From positions 384,001 to 448,000 of the forward strand of contig JAQBYT010000001.1 of NCBI GenBank assembly GCA_027622665.1: a DNA stretch of 64,000 bases, given 5' to 3'. Origin of the DNA: Verrucomicrobiota bacterium (GTDB lineage: Bacteria; Verrucomicrobiota; Verrucomicrobiia; Opitutales; Seribacteraceae). The notes beneath the pieces were generated by a model that ran no database searches, was not told where the DNA came from, and saw only the letters and a list, made by a program, of their open reading frames with translations. This document shows positions 1 through 10,600 of this stretch, one piece after another. The translations under genes were made by a program, and so were the position numbers. How positions within the stretch are numbered: the first letter of the stretch is position 1; the number at the start of each line of letters is the position of its first letter.

Positions 1-372
1 AAAATAATTGACTCATATTCCAAAAATGAACCTACAAAGATCACCGATATTATCGTAAAAAAAGTAAGAAATTTTGGAAAACCGGGTTATCTTGACGAAG
101 ATGGCAAACCCGTACCGGTCGAAAACTTTTTTATCTTCGAACTTGAAGATGGTTTTTCAATTGCCGTTAGAGCCAGTGGTACCGAACCCAAGATAAAGTA
201 CTACCTGTTTGGTCAATCTAAGGTCGTTGGAGGGAATGGTCTTTCTGCGGCTAAGTCAGAAGTCGGAGAAAAACTAAAGTCTTTGGCAGACTGGGCAAAT
301 AGGGATGCCCATGAACGCGGCGAAGTGGAGTCCGGAAGTAAAGACAACGGCGAAGAACAAAGCCAATCGTGA
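1..372 (+). CDS. Phosphoglucomutase/phosphomannomutase family, C-terminal fragment (5' truncated by window)
   Basis: Manual translation of frame +1 gives ...FIFELEDGFSIAVRASGTEPKIKYYLF..., the domain-4 RxSGTEPKIK motif; stop TGA at 370-372. Confidence 0.9.
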   Translation, partial: KIIDSYSKNEPTKITDIIVKKVRNFGKPGYLDEDGKPVPVENFFIFELEDGFSIAVRASGTEPKIKYYLFGQSKVVGGNGLSAAKSEVGEKLKSLADWANRDAHERGEVESGSKDNGEEQSQS

Positions 373-427
373 TCGGAATGAAAAATAACTGCCTCTTGCC
401 AGAGAAAGCAATTCAAGCAAAGATTAC

Positions 428-1708
428 CTAAACTAGCATCAATGTGGGACTTTCCAATATTTCAGCGAGAGCTTTGAGATAAGATGCTCCGATTGCACCG
501 TCAACCACTCGATGGTCGCAACTAAGCCCAAGCATCATCCGGCGACCCGGAACAATTCTTCCGAGGTCGTCTACTATGGGTTTTGTTTTAGTCGCTCCAA
601 CTGAAAGAACGGCTGCATTTGGCGGATTAATGATACCGCTGAAGAAATCGACACCATACATTCCGAGGTTGGTTACGGTAAAGGTCGAGCCACTCATTTC
701 CTCGGGCGACAACTTTTGGGTGCGTGCTTTTGAAATGAGTTGCTTGGTCTCGACGGACAGGGAACGCAGAAGTTTAGTTTCGGCGTTGTGAATAACCGGA
801 GTTATGAGTCCATCCTCAACGGCTACACTGAAGGCAAGATGTACCGCACCATGCTGTTTGATGTGATCGCCTTCCCAGGAAGCATTGATCTCCGGCACCC
901 AACTAATGGCTTCGGCACTGGCTTTAAGAACGAGATCGTTTATCGTAACCTTAAAACCCCCGAGGTCGGGCGGCAGTTTGGAAAATTTCTTGTTTATTGC
1001 GATACGTGCATCGAGCAATGGACCGACATTGATTTCACATTGGAGATAAAAATGTGGAATCTGCGTCTTTGACTCGATCAGGCTAACTGCAATATTCTCT
1101 CGTCTCTGAGAAATGGGAATGACCTTTTCTTGAAGTTGAGGCTTATCATCATTCCCCGATTTCTCAGAACATAAGGTTTCTTCATCGTTGGAAACCGTCG
1201 AATCTGCATTATCTTTAGCAAAGGACTTGATTAATGTATCGGTATGAGGATCTTTATCGCTAAAGGGCATAGGCGACGCCGATTCGTTTATCTCTTTCGA
1301 GTCATCACAAAACGATGACTCGCCCTCCTCCCCATTGTCCGTTTTCTCGGTAAGCTGAGTTGGTTCTTCGCAGGAGGCGGTCGACGCCGAGCCATCTTCT
1401 GCAAGAGCTGACCCTGCAGAGGCGTTATCCCAAGACGAGACTAAAGCCTCGTCCTCCACTTCTCGCTCCTCGTCGGTTTTTTCTGGGATCGACTCTGTGT
1501 CCTCGCCGGAAACCGTATGATCTGAATTGCCTTCCTCCGGCGGTGATTCGCCCGTCTTCGGAGCATCATCTAATGATTTGTCGACTGTATCGCATTCTTG
1601 TTTTTCTTGATCCTCCCCATCCTTTTTATCTGGAGCTGGGCTTGGGCTCTCTTCCCCAAAGACTGAGGGAGGTGCTTCGATAACGGTGTCGTGGTGTAGG
1701 CCTTCCAT
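428..1708 (-). CDS. 2-oxoacid dehydrogenase E2 acyltransferase catalytic domain with ~190-aa acidic low-complexity N-terminus; no lipoyl domain
   Basis: C-terminal half has IPHFYL, GLITPVI, TFTVTNLGMYG and LSCDHRVVDGA (catalytic His motif); N-terminal half is D/E/S-rich. Confidence 0.88.
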   Translation of the reverse strand: MEGLHHDTVIEAPPSVFGEESPSPAPDKKDGEDQEKQECDTVDKSLDDAPKTGESPPEEGNSDHTVSGEDTESIPEKTDEEREVEDEALVSSWDNASAGSALAEDGSASTASCEEPTQLTEKTDNGEEGESSFCDDSKEINESASPMPFSDKDPHTDTLIKSFAKDNADSTVSNDEETLCSEKSGNDDKPQLQEKVIPISQRRENIAVSLIESKTQIPHFYLQCEINVGPLLDARIAINKKFSKLPPDLGGFKVTINDLVLKASAEAISWVPEINASWEGDHIKQHGAVHLAFSVAVEDGLITPVIHNAETKLLRSLSVETKQLISKARTQKLSPEEMSGSTFTVTNLGMYGVDFFSGIINPPNAAVLSVGATKTKPIVDDLGRIVPGRRMMLGLSCDHRVVDGAIGASYLKALAEILESPTLMLV

Positions 1709-1759
1709 GTCTTTTTTTTAGGCGTAAATCGCAAGTGTGCGGTCAAAGGTTATAAGTTA

Positions 1760-2296
1760 CTAATGTGGAGGGGCAAGGGGGGGGGATTCAACTAAAATTT
1801 TCGGGTAGTCCGGCTCGGAAAAATCGGCTCGCAATGCGGCGAATTCGCCGTGTCTCTTGTCATAAATTGGCCACACAAGAAGGTGGTCGGTTTCTGGAAT
1901 CGTCAAATTATCAACATCTTCACGATCGAACCACGCGAATGTGCCTTCGGGCCCATCGGGCGGCAAATCGTTTAGCGAAGCAAGGCAATCGAAGAGAAAC
2001 ATCAACCAGTGACCAGAGCCTTCGTAATTCTTTTCGGAGATGTATGCGAATAGCCTTAGATCTTTTTCGTCAATTTTCATGCCCGTCTCCTCTAAGGTTT
2101 CGCGAATGGCGCATTCGAAAGGAGATTCACCTATGAAGAAATCTAGTTTACCGCCGATCGGGCTCCACCTGCCGAGGTTTGGAGCCCTAGACCGTTTTAG
2201 AAGAAGTAACTCCCCCTTGCCATTTCTAATAAATACTAGCGTAGAGATGCGAAATGGAACTTTTTGCATGGATGCTAACTGTAGAGGAAAATACAA
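1760..2296 (-). CDS. NUDIX hydrolase (MutT/8-oxo-dGTPase-like)
   Basis: Nudix box GGKL...GESPFECAIRETLEETG. Confidence 0.88.
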   Translation of the reverse strand: MYFPLQLASMQKVPFRISTLVFIRNGKGELLLLKRSRAPNLGRWSPIGGKLDFFIGESPFECAIRETLEETGMKIDEKDLRLFAYISEKNYEGSGHWLMFLFDCLASLNDLPPDGPEGTFAWFDREDVDNLTIPETDHLLVWPIYDKRHGEFAALRADFSEPDYPKILVESPPLAPPH

Positions 2297-2384
2297 ATTG
2301 AATGAGTAAGTATTGCTCTCACGAGATTTATATTGAATTAAAAATCAAGTTGAATTTTGAAAATCTCCGATCTACAACTGTTTA

Positions 2385-3068
2385 ATGAAATCCCAACATT
2401 ACATACTATCCCTTGTCCTAGGAATCATTTTCTTCTGTTCCCGCCTTGTTGCCGCCCCGGGCTTCGGTAAACTCCCAAAGCCTGACGAGCTTGTTTCCCT
2501 AGACGCCGTTACTCTGCAGACGAGCACCGGCAAATGGTTCACCGTGACAGTCAGTTTTACTCCGAGAAAACATCCCAACCCCGAAAAGGCTTTCAATGAG
2601 GATTTCATAGATGACGTGAAGTTGGATCTTTATATTTGCTTGCGCAATAATTCTCGTGAAAAAAAATTCAAGAGGGAACGGAAAAGGGACTTCATTGAGG
2701 CCGACCTGTATGACTATTACCATTCCAGCGTCGAAATTATCACTCTCAAGGTAGACAACATTCGAAAGGAATTACATTTCCTTATCTCGAACGAATTAGC
2801 AGAACGAGATGGCTTTAATCGAACAGTTAAGCCGGTCGGTCATATCGTGGAGATGACCCTAGGTGGGGTGCCCATCGCATTTAAGGAAGGAATAGTTTTT
2901 GAAAAGCATCGCCAAGAAAGCATCCTCGAAAAATTCAAAGAATTTGCCCAATCGAAGTCCAAGGCGAACGAGGGTTTATTGCTGCCCGCTCATTTGGTGA
3001 GCGCAAACTACTTGTCAAACGCACCGGCAGTAAAGATTGGTCCAAGCTCTTCTGCTTCGGGGCTCTGA
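2385..3068 (+). CDS. Exported protein, first gene of the pilus-like cluster (positional equivalent of Akkermansia Amuc_1102)
   Basis: Signal peptide MKSQHYILSLVLGIIFFCSRLVA; position upstream of PilM-like gene. Confidence 0.55.
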   Translation: MKSQHYILSLVLGIIFFCSRLVAAPGFGKLPKPDELVSLDAVTLQTSTGKWFTVTVSFTPRKHPNPEKAFNEDFIDDVKLDLYICLRNNSREKKFKRERKRDFIEADLYDYYHSSVEIITLKVDNIRKELHFLISNELAERDGFNRTVKPVGHIVEMTLGGVPIAFKEGIVFEKHRQESILEKFKEFAQSKSKANEGLLLPAHLVSANYLSNAPAVKIGPSSSASGL

Positions 3069-3120
3069 TCAGAACCTCTTTCGACAAGCACCCGAACAAA
3101 GTTTTTTCAGCCAGCCTAGA

Positions 3121-4881
3121 GTGAAACCAATCCGCAAAACAATTGTAAATTGCGGAGTGAGCCATGTCTCGGCGTGTGTTTTTGCGAAGGAGGACGACGG
3201 CACCTTGGTTTTAGAACAGACGGAGACGGAGAATCTGCAGTATGACTATTCCAACGATAGTCTATGGCTTGATGCACTTGCCGGTGGCCTTGAAAAACTC
3301 GTTGCCCGCGGAATTGGCAAGGGAGAGGCCCATTTTATTTTGCCTGGCAGTCTTTTGCTGACGAAAACGATTCGAGCTCCACGCGTAGAAGAGAGCAAAC
3401 AGCGACAAATAGTTGCCTTCGAGTTGCAGCAAAAGATGCCATATCCCCTGGCCGAATTAATTTGGGACTATCAGGTCGTTGAGGATGATGGAGTGGAGCA
3501 GGAGGTTTTGGCCATAGCCGTTCGCCCTGCGATCGCGGAATCCTTTTGCGAAAAAGTCGATGCATTGGGTCTCAATCCCGTCGAATTGAGCGCAGCCTCC
3601 ATACTCGACTACAATGCACTAAGGCATTCTCTGCTGGAAATGAGGGGCGAGGAGACACTTGTAATTAATATCGGGGCCAAGTCCACAAATCTTCTTTTCA
3701 TAAATCCAGAGGGCTTTCTCATTCGCAACATTGCCCTTGGCGGTAACTCACTAACCCAGCATGTCGCCGATAGCATAGGAGTGCCCTTCACCAAGGCGGA
3801 ACAAGTAAAGAAATCTTTTTTTTCCGGCGAGGTGGCTTTCTCTTCCGATGATCCCGCAGTACAGGTTCTAGAGAAAAATGCCGAACAATTCAAAGCTCGC
3901 TTGAGTCAAGAAGTAACTCGTTCCGTTGTTACTTACAAACGCTTAAAGAAAGGCAAATCACCGACCAGAGTTTTTCTCTGCGGAAAGGGTTCCTTGCTCC
4001 CGGGCCTTCCTGAATATTTAAGCCAAAAACAGGCTTTGGCGGTAGATTATTTCGATCCTTTGCGCGCCGTTAAAATAGGATCCCAAATAGACCCTGAAAT
4101 ATTACCACAACTGCCATTTATGTTGAGTGAAGTGGTGGGAGAGGCTTGTCGAGTTTTTGCGGTAGGTGAGACAACATCTTATCGTGGCATAAATTTGCTA
4201 CCCAAAGACAAGCTGGCTCATATGACCATCCGCAAAAAGCGCTGGTGGTTGGCCGCCGCCGCCGTGATTCTATCGCTTGTTCCCCTTCCGTCTGTCATTG
4301 GGACGATGACGGAGTTGTCTCAAGCCGAACAAATGCTTGCCGAAAAAAAAGGTCAGTTGCGCCAAAAACAACTGGAAGTTTCAGAACAGGTAGAAAAGCA
4401 ACAGGGGTTGCTTGCCCTTGACCATTTTGCGAGAGCGATAGACAAAGAAATTTCGCCGTTACAAACCGTAAGTTCAGGGGCTGACAATTGGCGTCTATTG
4501 CTGTCTGACCTGCAGACGCTAATTATAAATGAAGCTCGCGAGGTCTGGCTTGATGAACTTTATGTCCAACGGGAAGCAAGCGGCAGCAAAAAGCCCGTTC
4601 GAGGGCGTGCGAGTAAAGATCAAAACTTAAAACCGAATCGGGTGCTTGTCCTGAACGGTCGCTTTCTTGTCCGCGATCTGGAAAACGAATCGAGTCGTGA
4701 AAACTTGATTCAGATTAACAGTGCTCGCCAAAAGGCGCTTACGGAAAGCCTCGAACGGTGCGAATTCGCCAAAAAGATTTTAAACAAGCAATTCGAAACC
4801 GAAGGGAGAGGAGACCTCTTCAATCGTTTCTATACTTACTTTCACTTCGAAATCGAATTGAAAGGGGAACGCTCCTTATAG
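3121..4881 (+). CDS. PilM (actin/FtsA-like)-PilN fusion, Amuc_1101-like pilus assembly protein
   Basis: PYPLAELIWDYQ, LVINIGAKSTN, IALGGNSLT, VFLCGKGSLLPGL (PilM); INLLP + TM + coiled coil + VWLDEL (PilN). GTG at 3121 preferred because the ORF-track start 3037 overlaps the upstream gene. Confidence 0.85.
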   Translation: MKPIRKTIVNCGVSHVSACVFAKEDDGTLVLEQTETENLQYDYSNDSLWLDALAGGLEKLVARGIGKGEAHFILPGSLLLTKTIRAPRVEESKQRQIVAFELQQKMPYPLAELIWDYQVVEDDGVEQEVLAIAVRPAIAESFCEKVDALGLNPVELSAASILDYNALRHSLLEMRGEETLVINIGAKSTNLLFINPEGFLIRNIALGGNSLTQHVADSIGVPFTKAEQVKKSFFSGEVAFSSDDPAVQVLEKNAEQFKARLSQEVTRSVVTYKRLKKGKSPTRVFLCGKGSLLPGLPEYLSQKQALAVDYFDPLRAVKIGSQIDPEILPQLPFMLSEVVGEACRVFAVGETTSYRGINLLPKDKLAHMTIRKKRWWLAAAAVILSLVPLPSVIGTMTELSQAEQMLAEKKGQLRQKQLEVSEQVEKQQGLLALDHFARAIDKEISPLQTVSSGADNWRLLLSDLQTLIINEAREVWLDELYVQREASGSKKPVRGRASKDQNLKPNRVLVLNGRFLVRDLENESSRENLIQINSARQKALTESLERCEFAKKILNKQFETEGRGDLFNRFYTYFHFEIELKGERSL

Positions 4882-4909
4882 TTTTAAACTTTCCGCATCT
4901 CGCATCTTG

Positions 4910-6145
4910 ATGAAAAGCCTCCTAAGGGGAAACCTTTACCTTATAACCTTTGCCATTTTGGCAGGAGGAGTTTTTGCGTCTTTGTCGATGTTGTCATGCA
5001 ACCAGACGGAGGGTTTGGATGAGGTTATTGGGGAAATAGAGTCACTCGACCGAGATTTGGCTAAGGAAATAGATGACGGAGCGGGATTTGGATGGATCGA
5101 AGCCAACTTGGACTTGGCTCGAGAAGACAATAAAAACCTTTTGGACAAGCGAGCTCGTGAACTCAAGAAGTGGAGGGAGATTTTGGGGAGAGATGATGTG
5201 TTTGCAGGTGTCGAAAAGAAGGCATCCGACGATGTGAATGCTGAAATTTCTCGTTTTTTGGATCTCTACCGTAAAGAAGCTGGCGAATATAGCGTAAAGA
5301 TTAAGGGAGCCCTAAAAACGAGCACAGACGAACCCAAAGGACTGTTCCCGAGCGAAGACATTTTCTTAGGAGAGAATCGAGAGGGCTTTGGGTTCGCCGG
5401 ATACGATGGTTCTTGGCCAAGCATTTCCGATAAAGAAGCTCGTGAGCTTCTGAAGCAAAAACTGATTGCGGAAAAGCTTTTGCTAACTCTTTTCAAGGCC
5501 AAAGAGAATGGGGAGCCCATGGAGTTACTGGGCATTCGCCGTGAGCCCGTCGGAGATGTCGATCGAGAGCGAATAGCCGACGAGGCCTTGAGTGTGGATT
5601 CGCTAGCCAATGTTCTCGCCAAGCGAGAAGGGAGCATCGAGACTTATGCATTTGAGGTGAATTTTCTGGCGCGAACGAGCACCCTCCGCACTTTCTTAAA
5701 TAGTCTCCAATATCCTTTTCTTGTTCGGGATATCTCAGTAAGACGATTGGAAAATAGTTCTTCCGGTTTTACGGCAACCAACAATACGGGCTTTAACAGC
5801 CCTTTTGGGCCCAGCTCCGATAATATTGCATTAAATTCCAAAACTCTTCCGATCATCAAGGACGTGGGCTCCCGGTTTTCTATTTTAGTAGAGTATGTTT
5901 TGGCAGTTCACGCAGACTTGGATTTGCTGAAGCCTCTTTGCTCTAGTAATCTGCTTGCAGAATGCACTTTAGCCATAGATGACATTGAGGAGGTCTCGGA
6001 AGCCGACGAGAAGCTAAAGGCCTTTCTTCGACGTCATTATCCATGGAGCCCCCCACCTTCCGGCTCCATTTCCGACTTGTTAACGGTATTGGGTTCGGAG
6101 AAAGAGGCAAAATATTTCCTTAAACAGATTTCCGGCAACAAATAA
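4910..6145 (+). CDS. PilO-like / Amuc_1100-family pilus-associated protein
   Basis: N-terminal TM, coiled coil, FGFAGY, and FEVNFLARTSTLRTFLNSL...FLVRDISV (PilO-type ferredoxin fold); operon position. Confidence 0.7.
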   Translation: MKSLLRGNLYLITFAILAGGVFASLSMLSCNQTEGLDEVIGEIESLDRDLAKEIDDGAGFGWIEANLDLAREDNKNLLDKRARELKKWREILGRDDVFAGVEKKASDDVNAEISRFLDLYRKEAGEYSVKIKGALKTSTDEPKGLFPSEDIFLGENREGFGFAGYDGSWPSISDKEARELLKQKLIAEKLLLTLFKAKENGEPMELLGIRREPVGDVDRERIADEALSVDSLANVLAKREGSIETYAFEVNFLARTSTLRTFLNSLQYPFLVRDISVRRLENSSSGFTATNNTGFNSPFGPSSDNIALNSKTLPIIKDVGSRFSILVEYVLAVHADLDLLKPLCSSNLLAECTLAIDDIEEVSEADEKLKAFLRRHYPWSPPPSGSISDLLTVLGSEKEAKYFLKQISGNK

Positions 6146-6150
6146 TCCTC

Positions 6151-7503
6151 GTGAAAAAGTTCCTTGAAGCAAACTATGAAAAGATAGCGGTAGGCATGTC
6201 TTTGCTGGTTCTAGGTATATTTGCCTTACTTTCGTTGTTGGGAGATGACCGCCGCGAGTCCGAATCATTTCGTGGGGAGAACGGGGCAACTCTTGTAAAA
6301 AAAGAACGCCACCAGAAAGAGTCTGAGGAAACTCCTGGCGTTATTATTCTAGAAACGAAAACTCCACATGGTTTGATGCCCGAAGAACTCGTAATTATAG
6401 ACGGAGCCGAACCGGAATTTTTTAACGGGAACTTTACTGTAGAAACCATCCTTTTTCCAAAAAAAGATACCAAGGTCACGCTTCTTCTTTCTGACGGAAA
6501 CATCATTTCGGGAATACTTAAGCAGTCCGGTGCAAAACCACTGGAATTAACGAAGGAATGGCGTACGGAATCCGGTTTTCTTAAATTAAGAACGGAGGAT
6601 GGAAAGGATCAAGATTTTCGGATCGCGGCGCTTGAGCAGGTTTGGGGCTCCACAGTGCTTAAGATTGCGACGCACAATGACGAAGGAGAGGAGTCCGAGG
6701 GCGATTTTGCTATACAGACTTATCAACAACGAGGAGCAGTTGCCGAAAAAAGCGAGTCGACCAGTAGTGCCAAATGGGTCGAGTCGTCTTCGCCAAAGGA
6801 TGGAGAGCCAAGCTACGATCTCTTTACTCCCCCTGTTCTTTACGTAGTGAACGGTCGCCTCGAAACCAGTTTGCCCGAAGATGCAAAACCAGAAAAACCT
6901 CCGGAGGCATTCGGGCTTCGCCTTACAGCATTTGAGAAAGTTCCCTACAGGTTTCGAATTCGCAGTTGGATTGGGAAAAGTCCTTATCTTGAAGACCTCC
7001 GGCACGAATTTCCGCCCAGTTCAGGTCGTTTTGTCCGCAACAAGTTGGAATTGCGAGTACCCTACAAGGAAAATCCAAATTACAAGCCTGGATACGGGGA
7101 ATCTTTGATTCCGACGAATGTCGAAGATACGAACAAAATGGTCATGGTGGATGCTTTTGTCGTGCAACAAGTGCGAGATCCCAAAACGGGTGGAGTTCGG
7201 TCCGTTGGAAGAGTATTGATTAAGGATTTTCGACTCTTGGGGAAGCCATTTGAAATAAATAGCTTCATGGACGAAACCCACGCGGGACAGTATCGCATTT
7301 CCGTCGAATCCACCTCGAAGGAAAGCGGTGCCGAAAAATTCACCTTTGATCAAAATTCGACGAATACTTCGTTTCGTCTCGCGATGCGTGAGTACAAGAT
7401 TTTGAAAATAGATCTTGTTAAATCTCGAGTTAATCTTGAAAAAAAAGCTCTCGACCCTCCCGAACTTCAGAGCGAATGGCTTAGCCTGCTTGTCGACAAA
7501 TGA
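6151..7503 (+). CDS. Membrane-anchored pilus-cluster protein (Amuc_1099-like position)
   Basis: MKKFLEANYEKIAV + TM; YDLFTPP motif; lies between the PilO-like gene and the secretin. Confidence 0.6.
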   Translation: MKKFLEANYEKIAVGMSLLVLGIFALLSLLGDDRRESESFRGENGATLVKKERHQKESEETPGVIILETKTPHGLMPEELVIIDGAEPEFFNGNFTVETILFPKKDTKVTLLLSDGNIISGILKQSGAKPLELTKEWRTESGFLKLRTEDGKDQDFRIAALEQVWGSTVLKIATHNDEGEESEGDFAIQTYQQRGAVAEKSESTSSAKWVESSSPKDGEPSYDLFTPPVLYVVNGRLETSLPEDAKPEKPPEAFGLRLTAFEKVPYRFRIRSWIGKSPYLEDLRHEFPPSSGRFVRNKLELRVPYKENPNYKPGYGESLIPTNVEDTNKMVMVDAFVVQQVRDPKTGGVRSVGRVLIKDFRLLGKPFEINSFMDETHAGQYRISVESTSKESGAEKFTFDQNSTNTSFRLAMREYKILKIDLVKSRVNLEKKALDPPELQSEWLSLLVDK

Positions 7504-7670
7504 TTGTTTCGGAAAATGATCAGTGGATACGAAACAACCATTTTTACAGAGAAAAGGTTTCTATTTTGGAAGTTGACCCCGCAGATCTAAAACTGTTCCT
7601 TAATTGACAGGAATTATCAAGCTTTTTGAGCGTATCTCTTCTTTTTAACTCCATACACCTATGCCCGTAG

Positions 7671-10600
7671 ATGAAAAGTTTGATCGCTGATTTGGCCCGA
7701 AGGAAAAGAGCCGTTGTGCGAACGGTCTTTTTGCTGGTAGGCATTTGTGCCGTTTCCTCGGGCTACGCCCAATCGCCACCTCCCCTTCCTCCATTACCTC
7801 TGGTGGGCGAACCGGTTCCCGGTCCGGATGGATTTCCCCCGTTGCCCGGATTGGGTGGCGGAGAGCCCGCTCCTGTCGAAAGCCCTCCCTTATTGCCGCC
7901 TTTGCCGGGAGTGCTCGAGCCCGTGGATATATCTCCAGAGGCAGTAGACCCCCTGCCCTTGATTGACGCTGGAGGGCCTGGGGTCTTCCCCCTTGGACTT
8001 ATTCCATCAGAGCCTTCGACTTTGCCCGAAACGGAACTCCCTCCACCCTTGGCGGATGGATCGAACTTATCTGAGCCAGGTAAACCCGATCCAGTCGAAG
8101 TATCTGGCTTTAGCCTTCCGCCGGTGACTGATAACGCTGGCCTTTTGCGACTCCTCGACGAAGTGAGAATTCGCTTAAGAAGGGAGGACTACCAAGGAGC
8201 TCAGGCCTTAACCGAACAAACTCTTCGCACATTTGCCGAGACGGCCGAAAACGCCTTCTACCTAAGGCAGTTTCGCAGGGAGCAAACAAATCTCTACTAT
8301 CGTATGGCTCATAAAGCCCTTAAGGAAAAAAGATATTCTCTAGCGAGTCAATACCTCGGGCACTATCAAGAAAATGTGGCTCGTGACGCCGAGGATCGTA
8401 AACGAGCCAGAGAGGTGCGTGTCGGCACCCAAGGCAAAAGCGATGTTTCACTCGTAGGAAAACTGGTCGAAGAACTCGATGAAGCAAAAAAAGAACTTGC
8501 GGAAATTCGTGCGAAATCAGGCCTTCCCGAAAGTGATGCCAAAGTAGATTACGAGCGCATTATGGCTCAGGAGCAACAAGAACTTGTGAAGGCGAAAAGC
8601 AGAGCGGAGCGATTGCTGAAAAAAGCTCGAATAGATTCTGCAGACGGTCAGTATGAATTAGCTAAAGATCAAGTGGATGAAGCCTTGTCTTTCCTGCCGA
8701 AAAACGTGGCGACCATAGCGTTGATTAGTGATCTCTACAAAGCCAAGCAGCAAATTCTTTGGTATCGGATTGGGGAAGCCATGCAAAAGGGACGCGTGGG
8801 TAATGTTCAGATTCTCGTGCTTGAGTATCAAGATGTGGAAAAGGAGCGACGAAGTGAAGAGGTTGCCACCCTCGGCATCGAAGAAGGACCTGACTTCGAG
8901 GGGGAAATGAAAAAGGCGAGGGAGAAGGCAGAGCAACAAGCGAAACTTGCCGAAAGGATGCTTGCCGGAGCCAAAGGCAATATCCGAGACAAGGAATATG
9001 GAAAAGCACAGCAGGATCTAGTGAAAATCACTAATTATCTTGAACCAAGCACTCGCACTTGGCCAATCATCTTGGATGCCGCCATTACTCGCAATCAAAT
9101 CAATTTGGAAAAAGCGGAGGATGCAAGAAAGGCAAAAGATTGGGAATTGGCCAATCAGTATACCGATGAATACAGGACGGGTCTTCTACAGGATCGAAAT
9201 GTCATGGGTGCGGGAGACATGGATCTTGGGAGACCAGGCCTAGAGTCCACGAAGGGTAAAGGCGCTGTAGACAATCTCATGAAAAGATCCGACCGAATGC
9301 GGGGCAGAATCGAGGATGATATGAAAAACCCATACCGACGACATATATCGGAATTTTCACCCGAGCGGGAAGATCAGTTGGAAGATTTGGGCAAATTGCT
9401 CATGCGAGCGAAAGTGCAGTTCATCAATAACGATTTAACGGGAGCTCAAGAGACCTACCGCCTTATCGAAGCCCGCTATTCAGAGAATTATGAAGCTAAG
9501 CAGATGCTTCGTCGCATTGCCCAAGTCCGCCAAGAAGAAAGCTATCTCGGCTATCTTCAAACACGAGAGTCGATGCTTGAGGAAATTAATCGCGAATGGG
9601 AGAGACCAAAGGTTTTCGAGCGACAAATCGACGATGTTAAGCCTGTCCAGGAAACAGGAAACAATTTATTGGAAAAATTAAAGACGATTAATATCCCAGC
9701 GGTTCAGTTTTTCGAATCTCCCTTACCGGAAGTGGTGGCGGAACTGCAAAGACTTGCCAAACAATTTGACTTTGCTGAACAAGACCCCACGAAAAAAGGC
9801 GTTAATATCGTTGTTTTACAGGAAGCAGGGGAGCCCCCCCCCAACGTGACCATTACTTTAAACGGGATGGCCTTGGATCGAATGATCAGTTTTATTTCGG
9901 AAATGGTCGGTTGGAGTTTCGATGTAAGAAACGATGCGGTTGTTCTCTCAAAAACAGGTGCTGGCGGTGGACGACCTATTGGTTTGGAAACCGAATTCTA
10001 CGAAGTCTCTCAAGGCATGAAAAAAAGAATGATCGGAGAACCGGCAGCGGGAGCCGGCGGCGCCGATCCCTTTGCGCCACCTGGCGGTGGGGGCGGCGGT
10101 GGGGCTGCCGAAGACGGGGCCAAAATTCGCGACTTTCTCGAACAGGCGGGTATACCATTCGAAGACGCCAGAGGCCATAAGTTCGTATTTGACGATTTCC
10201 AAATGATCGTCACGCACCAGCGGCGATTTTTGGATTTGATCGAGCGCATTCTCGAGCGATTGGACCAAGACTCTAGCCGACAAGTCGAAATTGAGACAAA
10301 GTTTCTTGAGGTGCAAGAAGGTGTTTTGGATGAAATAAGTTTTGATTGGAACATGCGCTGGGGTGCTCGACAACCTGTATTCGACTCAGCCACGGGGATG
10401 CCAACAATTGATTCAGGAGGTGTTGAGCAGTTTAAATACAACAAAAATTTCCGGGGCAACTCCAGAACCTTGGCCTTGGCCCATGCTCCCAGCGGAGTGG
10501 AAAGGAATATTCAAATAACTTATGACCAAAACCCGGAAGCTAATCAGCAATTTGGTCAACCAATTCCAATGATGCCGGGAAACATAGGAATTGGTGCAGG

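Noticed and set aside
1777..1785. G9 tract as a phase-variation site
   Set aside because: Lies in the last codons of the NUDIX gene; slippage would barely change the protein
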